From Octopus vulgaris (lineage: Eukaryota), in the NCBI GenBank assembly GCA_951406725.2, contig OX597815.1, positions 72,478,001 through 72,542,000 of the forward strand: DNA of 64,000 nucleotides, read 5' to 3'. Made by a program: the position numbers and the translations under genes. Numbering within the stretch: the stretch's first letter is position 1; each line of letters opens with the position of its first letter. Below the pieces are notes generated by a model. It ran no database searches, was not told the origin of the DNA, and saw only the letters and a program-made list of their open reading frames with translations. Of this stretch, positions 54,930 through 64,000 are shown piece after piece.

Positions 54930-57900
54930 AACAGACAACTGTATTTTTGTTGAAAAACAGAACAAAAAAGAAAGGGCCCATTTTTTCGAGAAAGATCTCT
55001 TAGAAGATCTCCGGATGAGCAACGGCTCCGTTTTCGACATCATTGTTCGAATTAAAAACAGCAATTTCGAAAATGTAAACAATGATAGCCCTTTCTTGAG
55101 CGAAGCGACGGGCGATTCGAGTACAAGTAACAACACCAGCAGTAACAACAGCAACAACAACAACAACATCAGTTGCACCATCAACAACTACAACTACAAC
55201 AATAGCAAAGGTGACAACAACAAGAACAAGAACAACAACAACAGCAACAAAAGCAACAACAGTGATAAAAACAACGAAAGAACTGAGAAACAAACCGGTG
55301 CAATGGTTTGGAAAGGCTCTAAACTTTCGTTGGAGCAGCCGAGTCATCTCTTCAGAGAATACAATTCTCTGAAAAGGAATTTAAAAACGTCAGGCAGCTA
55401 GTCAAGAAAGACGGGACAGTTCTAAAGCTAAACAACCCCGCCTGAGATAATCCAGGATAGGATATGCCGCACAGTGACGTACTGTACAATCGGTTTAAAA
55501 TCAAGGAAGGTGGAAAGAGCCACAAAGGCTCAAGTAGAAAAAGCTTTAGGTTCCGTCTGGAATCTAAAGGAATATATACAGAGAGGAAGGAGCTATGGAA
55601 AGGTGGAGTTAGATCTCGTACTGAGGAAGAAGTGATATATCACTCTCTGAATACCCTTAAGAGCGAGGAGCTGTTGTTGGTTCCTTTCTACTGCGACCAG
55701 AGACTGGCCAAAATCAATATTCAGTAGGTGCCACCAGAAATAGTCAATTCTTGGCTAATTGCTGCAGTGACGATAGATATCGAGGAAAACTCGAAAATCC
55801 TCGAAGCCAATCAGACCAAAAAGGAGGACTGGTCCGGGATGATCATAGAACTCCTCGTCCAAACGACCCAAAGGAATGTGGATCTCATCCCGGACCAGAT
55901 CTTTCTTCCTGGAGGCAGCATAATTCCAGTCAGAGTAGATAGAAGGAAAGTAAAATGCCACATTTGATTTTCAATTTATCATTTTAAAGCCTTCTGCCCT
56001 AGACTGAAGGAAAAGAGAGACAGGCATCTCTCCTCCCTACACTAACAACGGCCACCAGGTCTCGAGCAATAACAGTAGCAGCACCATCACCATCAGCACC
56101 AACACTAACAACCATACCGACACCGAGTTTCCTCAAACACTTCTCAGCACCCGACGATTTTCCACTTCCCGATGCCGAGCAGGTGGACGTCACAGGTGGA
56201 GAGTTGGACTGCGATGAGGAGTGGAAGTTGAAAACTAAAAAAGGGAAAAGAGACAGAAAGAAAAACAAACATATGAACAAACAACAACAATCCTCATTCA
56301 CACAGTAAGTAGAAAGAAAAAAAAATCAAACCAACAAAAACAAATACACCCAAAACAAACAATGCATCGACACTACAACCTCTAACACCTGAAATACAAG
56401 CCATCCCACATAGGCATCCACAACAACAACAATCACAATCACAATCACCACCACCACCACCACCACCACCACAACAACAACAACAACGACGACAACAACA
56501 GCAACAACCAACACAAAGAGATAAACATTGCAAACTACATAGCAATAAGCACCAAAAACAATGAATTAATGAAATGCATAATAACACACAAACATTACAC
56601 CAGAAAATTTTGTCCAACCCGCAATCTCCCTAACTGCGCATATATAAATCATTCAAACAACAAAAATTACATACACACACTTAAAAGCCCAATTCCCACG
56701 GGAAATCGGAGAGAATTCTTGGTGATTTACTTTCCATCCAACAGGAGGGACGGGCAATCTGCACCTTCAAGCAAAACCAAGTGAGTTTTCCTTTTCTTTA
56801 CGGACGATCTTCCTGGATCCGGAAGGTAAGTCGGTGGCTCTGGATGTGACAGGCAGCGAAGGACATACTTTCAAGCTAGTCGCCATCTATGCCTCGACAG
56901 GAGCACGATGACCAGATTTCTTCAACAGTCTGGAACTTTTCTGGGAACGTCCCGCTCTTTAGTGTTAGTGGAGGATTGGAATGGAGTTTTAGATGTAAGA
57001 TGGAACTCTGTGGGTTTAACAGATAAGAGGAAAGTACGCAAAAGCCTTGCAAACCCGCTCAGACGATTCCAACTGTGACAGGTATCGATTGGATCTTCCG
57101 GATGTGCCAGTGTGGACCTGGTCAAAGCGCATCGGGTCATCCAGATCGTATCTAGATATGGTATTCTGTAGAGTAGCAGATAAGGATAACATAAGTTGTC
57201 CACAGTTTAAGGTAGTCGACTACACAAATTCGAGATCTGTACAATCGACGTAGATAGGCTTCATAGACAGGGACCTGGTTACTGCAAGCTGAACACGTCG
57301 TTGCCGGCGCGTAAAGATTTCAGAGACCGGATTAGTGAACTAGATAAGAGGGCGTTGACAGAGACAATAATCAACAATAAATGGTGGTTCGCCTTGAAAA
57401 GGGCGATTAGAATAGAATCGATAGGGTTTTGCTAAGGACTAACTATAGAAAGAAACAGAGTAGAGGTAGAGCTAGTCAAAAAGACGAGGCTTTTATAAAA
57501 GGCATCGCGACCGACGTGCACGCAGCAAGATTGGCACTCGACCAATTCTTTAACGTGAAACACGAAGGTTGCGTTGTCAGAGCTAAGGCTCGAGTACTGG
57601 AAAGCCGCCCAATGAACCCGAATGGCAGAGACTCAGCATGGAAATAAATCCACGATCCGATCCTTGCCGGATCCCAACGAGCAGATGATAATTGATCCGG
57701 GACAGATGTATGCGGCCTTTCAGCGACGCTTCACTCAACTGTTTGAGAGCAGCGATGAGCCAGGTCGCAGGATAGATTTCATGTCCTATCGCGACGGGCT
57801 GCCGCGGTTCTCGGCGACGGAGGCAGAGCGCTGCTAAAGACTGATAACAGCTTTTGAAATACGGAAGCAATGGCTAGCTGCCTGGTTTTCATGGTCAACC

Positions 57901-58290
57901 CTATGAGCTTTACGCTTACATGCCAGGCTTGTTCGGCAACCTCTTAGCAAACATTTACTGCAACTAGCAACAGAATAGGAAGATTCCGTTTTGTGAGCCC
58001 ATAACTCTGCTGAATGCAGAGTTCAAACTTTTGGCCAAGATATTAGCTACGAGGTTGGCACTTCTCATCGGGGATCTGGTAGGGGAGACACAGACATGTG
58101 CCATCCCGAAAAGATCCATCCACGACAACCTCCACCTCATGCAATACATCATTGAAAAAGTAGCTAAAGAACCTGGTGCAGATGGGGCCCTGATCAATTT
58201 ATATCAGTTTAAAGCGTTTGATAGGGTCAACCATTTATACCTGGCGGCGGTCCTCAAGGCATTATATGCTTTGATATTTGGCTGTTAACT
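54930..58290 (+). mobile_element. Degenerate Tx1/L1-clade LINE (ORF1, APE endonuclease, RT N-half), 3'-truncated
   Basis: ORF1 with knuckle remnant KCHI..HFKAFCP. APE motifs FKLVAIYA, LVLVEDWNGVLD and WTW..SRSYLDMVF. RT motifs PITLLNAEFKLLAKILATRL..QTCAIPKRSIHDNL..KAFDRVNH. Confidence 0.85.
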
Positions 58291-58452
58291 ATCATGGAAG
58301 ACATTCAACATTCAAGTACCAATCTCAAATGCGAGATATAACTTTTAAATCTACAGCCTTTGAGAAAGGAAGAACAGAGAAGATACTGTAGTCCTGTATA
58401 CAGCATGAATAAAACAAATGTGATGCTCACCGTTATGATATATATAATCATT

Positions 58453-58665
58453 AAAGTGGGGAGCTAGCGGAATCGTTAGCACGCCAGGTAAAATGTTTAG
58501 AGACATTTCGTCTGTCTTTACGTTCTGACTTCAAATTCCGCCAGGGTCAACATTACTTTTTACCTTTTCGGAGTCGATAAAATAAGTACCAGTTGACCAC
58601 TAGGATAGATCTAATCGACCTATCTCTCCCCCGAAATTGCTGGCCTTGTGCCAAAACGTGAAAGC
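58453..58665 (+). mobile_element. Family A SINE
   Basis: Matches other copies. Confidence 0.75.
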
Positions 58666-59061
58666 ACTAAATATAACCATTGTTTCAGAGCCATCTTAGC
58701 AGCATTATAGCCCCCACCCACGAGCAAATCAATGCACTGGGTCCTATAGTATTTATTGATAGCCTGCCTCAGAATTGGGTCCCGATACTTGTGAGGCCCC
58801 TGGGCAACTGACCAGTATCCCCATTCTTCAAGCCGGTCCTGCATGGCCTGACCAGAACCTAAACAATAATTAGGCTCGTAAAACAACATAATGAAGTGTA
58901 TCGTCGGACATCAACCAATTCCTTTCAGATTTCCCGCTTAACCTTAAATACTCCTTCCCATCAGAATATCATGGTATAAAAGACGCATGGATGTGTTAGA
59001 TGGACCCCAATTTCAGCATCACATATAGCTTTTAGTACATTAATGAATGTGATATATTCCC

Positions 59062-59400
59062 GTGTGAAGGTGTATGGCTCAGTGGTTAGAATATTGGGCT
59101 CACAATCATGAGGTAGTGAGTTCGATTCCTGAACCGGGCTGTGTGTGGTGTTCTTGAGCAAGGCACTTTATTTCACGTTGCTCCAGTTCACTCAGCTGTA
59201 GAAGTGAGCTGTGACGTAACTGGTGGCAAGCTGTATCAGCCTTTGCCTTTCTCTTGGATAATATCCCTGGTGCGGAGAAGAGAGGCTGGTACGCATGGGC
59301 GACTGCTGGTCTTCCATAAACAACCTTGCCCGGACTTGTGTCTCGGAGGGGAACTTTCTAGGTGCAATCATATAGTCATTCATGACCGAAGGCGGTCTTT
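59062..59400 (+). mobile_element. tRNA-derived SINE, family C
   Basis: A box TGGCTCAGTGG, B box GTTCGATTCC and CORE-like CTTGAGCAAGGCACTT. Confidence 0.75.
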
Positions 59401-60644
59401 ACTCTTTTTTTATATGCCCATGTGTATATTGGACTCAGAGGGATTTGAGACTTTGTGGGGGCGGGAATAGCGCATTTTATATGCCATTTAAATACGGTAT
59501 ATGTTTATTTAAAATTTGCGATAAAAACTTGTTCATTCATCCCTACCATTTTCTAGACGTGGATAGCAACTGATACCCAGTCAGGCGAAATACATTTCCT
59601 CTAGGATTCGAACCTCTATTGAAGACATTGTCTGACATTAGAACATTAGTGTTTGAGTGACAGAGCTTGGTGCCTTATCTGTTTTGTATTGTTTTTTTCT
59701 TTTTGTCTTGTTTTACAGGAAGAAGGGAAATCGGATATTGTAACGTCCATTCCTATTTTTGGCAATATTAACAGACCGAGTTCAATAAACAAAAAAAAAA
59801 CAAAAAAAAAACAAACAAACGGATTTGACTTCAACCTGGATGTAACATTATGCCGTAGTCTTACTTAAGAGATAGGGAGACAGGAAGAGGGAATGAAATG
59901 GGTAGAGATATTTTAAGAAGAGAAAAGGTAATGGGGAGGAGAGGCAGGCAGAAGGACAAACAGACAGACAGTCAGAGACTAAAATGAATGAGTTAATGGA
60001 CTAAAATTGGCCAGAAACAATTCCAGTAATATTATACATTTGTGTTCATCAGCAGTGTAATTACAGTTGGCTCATTAAGTCTGCTCTCCATAACCACCAC
60101 CATCATCATCACTTACTCTCTCCTTCTCTCCCTCTCCCTTCCTCCTCTCTCACTCTCTCTGTCTCTCGTGTAATTTACCTTTAGGAGACTAACGAAACTA
60201 TTGACCCCACCCTGGTATTTATAATATTTCGTTCATAACGCAGACAAAAGCCGTAATTAAGAAGGAGGATACCTTAACCTCATCTCCTCTATTCTTCCGT
60301 TTCTTTTTGTTTTACTTTTTGTTTGTTTGTTAACACGCACCCACGTACACACGTTCACATTCACACACACACATCGAGGATAGTTAAAGTCTGGTGGAAC
60401 CATCTCTTAATTTCAGGTGGCAAAGATTTGCTGCTTCTTTCTCACTAATAAACAAGATAATGACCATTCTTTTAACAAACCACTTTGTTTCTTTCACAAT
60501 TTATTCCTAGTTACTTTTTACACTGTCTGCTTGTCTGTCTGTCTGTCTGTCTATTGATCGATCTCATTCACGTTTCTCGTTTTTCTTTTTTTGTATCATA
60601 TTCAATCAGATTCTTTCTCCTCTTCCCTTCTTTCTCTCTCTCTG

Positions 60645-60885
<241 letters not shown>

Positions 60886-61431
60886 GACACACTCACCACT
60901 CCACACGCCAACCCATACACAAACTTATAACAAACTATTAGTAATCAAACATTTCGTTATCACCACACACACACACACAACAAATAATATCATAAGTTAT
61001 TAAGCATCATTCCTCATCTAACACACACAGACACACAGAGAATATAAGCACACATTCACCCAACTTTATTAACACAACCAAGACCAATGTCTCCCTCAGT
61101 CTACCTCTCTCTCATTCTCCATCTTGGTATCTGTTTATCATTCATATCCTCTCTCTCTGTCTTTCTCTCTCTAAGTCTATTGTGACGGTGGTTCATTAGG
61201 TCTCTACGAAACTATCTGTTGGTGGTGGACTCAGAGGGGAGGTAATATAAACGAGAAGACATTATACCAGAATTTCTAATGACGAAATGTTTTTCTCTTA
61301 ATTGTCTTCTAGACGTGGAACAACAGAGAGAGGAGTTTGTTAAATTAAGTACTAATATGTATATAAGTATATATTTCTGTATGTATGCGCGTTGCCATTA
61401 TTACCTATATGTACGATGGGTGTTTGTAGCT

Positions 61432-61464
<33 letters not shown>

Positions 61465-61664
61465 AACACACACGCTACGCACGTACACACGCGCGCGCGC
61501 GTGCGAACACAAACGACATTCACGCCTGCGTACATCACATACGTGTATGTATGCATGTATACATACGTGTGTGTGTCTGTGTATGTGTGTGTGAGTGTGT
61601 GTATTGCGGTGTAATGTAAATATCCAATGATCATAATTATATATCTGTGAATAAAATGTATGAG

Positions 61665-61704
<40 letters not shown>

Positions 61705-61776
61705 CGGTACCCCAGCATGACCGCAGTCTAATGACTGAAACACGTAAAAGACAAAAAGTAGAAGATACGTGTATAC

Positions 61777-61842
<66 letters not shown>

Positions 61843-61885
61843 ATATGTATATATATATGTATATATATGTTTATTTATATAAATT

Positions 61886-61926
<41 letters not shown>

Positions 61927-62412
61927 TAAGTCTGTACGTGCATTTAAGCAAATATGTGTGTATGTGTGTGTGCGCGTGCGCGCGTGTATTAACGAATGTC
62001 TAGATATATATATATATATATATGCCTCTGTATGAATATACACCTGTCTGTATGTAAATACACCTAAAACAAGCTAATTATAACTGTCAACCAATTTGTA
62101 CTTTTCATTAGGTAGCTAACGACTTGGGTGTGATGCAGAAACATGGCGCATATGGGGGAGGATAGAGAAGGAGGGGAGGATGTGATTTCATATATGTATT
62201 GCGCATTATTGTAAAAAGGAGTGGAGCAGTTAAACAAGTTTAAAACTTAACGCAGGCATCACTTTGAGGTTAAGAATCTCGCTTTGCAGCCACGTTTGTT
62301 CTGGTTCAGTACCTTGGACATTTGTCTTCGACTATTACGCTGGGCTGACTAATACTTTGTGAATGAATTTGGTAGACGGAAACTGTGTGGTAGACTGTCG
62401 CGTGCTTGTATA

Positions 62413-62624
62413 CTCTTTCTACTCTTTACTCTTTTACTTGTTTCAGTTAATTGACTGTGGCCATGCTGGAGCACCGCCTTTTTTTTTTAGTCGAGCAAAT
62501 CGACCCTAGGAATTATTCTTTGTATTGGTCTCTTTTGCAGAACCGCTAAGTTACGGGGACGTAAACACACCAGCATCGGTTGTCAAGTGATGTTGGGGGG
62601 GGGACAAACACAGACACACAAACG

Positions 62625-62704
<80 letters not shown>

Positions 62705-62865
62705 CGACAGGCTTCTTTCAGTTTCCGTCTACCAAATCCACTCACAAGGCTTTGGTCGGCCCGAGGCTATAGTAGCAGACACTTGCTCAAGGTGCCACGC
62801 AGTAGGACTGAACTCGGAGCCATGTGGTTCGTTAGAGCAAGCTACTTACCACAGCCACTTCTACG

Positions 62866-62868
<3 letters not shown>
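62413..62868 (-). mobile_element. Family B SINE, near full length
   Basis: Matches 15445-15903. Confidence 0.82.
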
Positions 62869-62933
<65 letters not shown>

Positions 62934-63177
62934 CATATATATATAAGATAGCAAAGTGTACGTACGCCGCTATATATATATATATATATATATAAATACA
63001 AAATGGGACAAGAACGCAAAACATCCAGAAGACGATACAAAAAACACGGACGGGTCATGCGAAGCCTTGAATCTTCAGTCAAGAACCGGATCATCCTCGC
63101 AATTTCGGCTGATTAACCTTGAGATTACTCCAATCTGGCCAGCCCCAAGGAAAAACTAAGCTAAGTGCCTCCGGTTA

Positions 63178-63522
63178 AACTCACCTCACTTTGTCAGCTT
63201 ATAAGAGAATCGTTGACCTCATACGCTGATTTCAAAAACAATAAAAGTGAAAACTACAAATAATGTGGGTGGCTTATGCTTGTTTCTCCTTGTCAGTCAT
63301 TAAGATAGTGCTTCTATGGCGATGGAGTAATTTTGACTCTTATTTCTAGCAATGCTGGTACTACTTAGTACTCTGCACTTTAGTGACGTCTATAAATTTG
63401 CCTTTAAGTTGTTAAATTACTAATACGCCACCCATATTATTTGTAGTTTTCAATTTTACCGTTTTTGAAATCAGCTTATGAGTTCAACGGTCTTCTTATA
63501 AGCTGACAAAGTGAGGTGAGTT
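63178..63522. mobile_element. Foldback/MITE with imperfect arms of about 100 bp
   Basis: AACTCACCTCACTTTGTCAGCTTATAAGA.. / ..TCTTATAAGCTGACAAAGTGAGGTGAGTT. Confidence 0.75.
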
Positions 63523-63856
63523 CGGCAACACTTCTGCTCGTCCCTACCTCCCAATAAAAAAAGCCACCCTTAAAAATTTTTTTGCCCCCTTTCTCAACTA
63601 CGGTGAATACGAATCTGCAAAAAAATTGGCAAATATCGGCATTTTTAAATTACTCCCACCCACCTTTTCCTTCATTTTTTTGCTTTTTTCAAAAAAATCT
63701 TTTTTTTCAAAATATGTGCAAAATATGGAGATTATGATTCTGAAAAAATTTCCAAATATTTTTGTAAAATTTTTTTTAAGAATTTTTTTTTTTTTTTCTA
63801 AATATGCGGAAAAATACGGACATTATGATTCGGACAAAAATTTCAAAACATTTCTA

Positions 63857-63962
63857 TAGTTACGGTTAGGGTTAGGATTTTAGGGTTAGGGTTAGCTTTA
63901 GGGTTTTAGGTTAGCGTTAGGGTTGTAGGTTAGCGTTAGGGTCTTAGGGTTAGGGTTAGTGT
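63857..63962 (+). repeat. Degenerate interstitial TTAGGG-like repeat
   Basis: GGTTAGGGTTAGG..GGTTAGCGTTAGGG variants followed by non-telomeric sequence. Confidence 0.8.
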
Positions 63963-64000
63963 TGGGGAAAAAGGAAAAATTGAAGAATTGGAGGAAGTGG

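Noticed and set aside
59062-59140. tRNA gene-like A and B boxes
   Set aside because: They continue into a SINE body; no proper cloverleaf or terminator.
63040-63160. Minus-strand GGCTG..CAGCC-GAAA hairpin with a nearby CTGAAGA
   Set aside because: The core elements are not in a consistent order with supporting stems.
63857-63962. True telomere
   Set aside because: Short, degenerate and followed by unique sequence.

Overview
Repeat-dominated, AT-rich animal genomic DNA. The SINE families and extreme microsatellite density point to a cephalopod, probably Octopus; this is an inference from recognition, not a search result. No host protein-coding exon could be supported. Most ORFs in the track are microsatellite or SINE read-throughs. 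The real coding remnants are all transposon-derived: two R4/Dong-type LINE pieces in (TAA)n, three Tx1/L1-type pieces, CRE and RTE 3' fragments, two Penelope-like GIY-YIG ends, two Tc1/mariner elements and a possible very old hAT transposase. Non-coding repeats include Helitron-type and hAT-type MITEs and many tRNA-derived SINEs. The main highlight is a set of minimal type-I hammerhead-ribozyme-like folds with non-canonical cores in Penelope-derived ends and palindromes, including an apparent compensatory A3-U8 core. Other highlights are a 1.33-kb TSD-flanked ORF1-only Tx1 derivative (HAL1-like) nested in a SINE nested in a hAT MITE, a Tx1 copy inserted in (GATA)n, and a dense promoter-like motif cluster near 53.1-53.7 kb.
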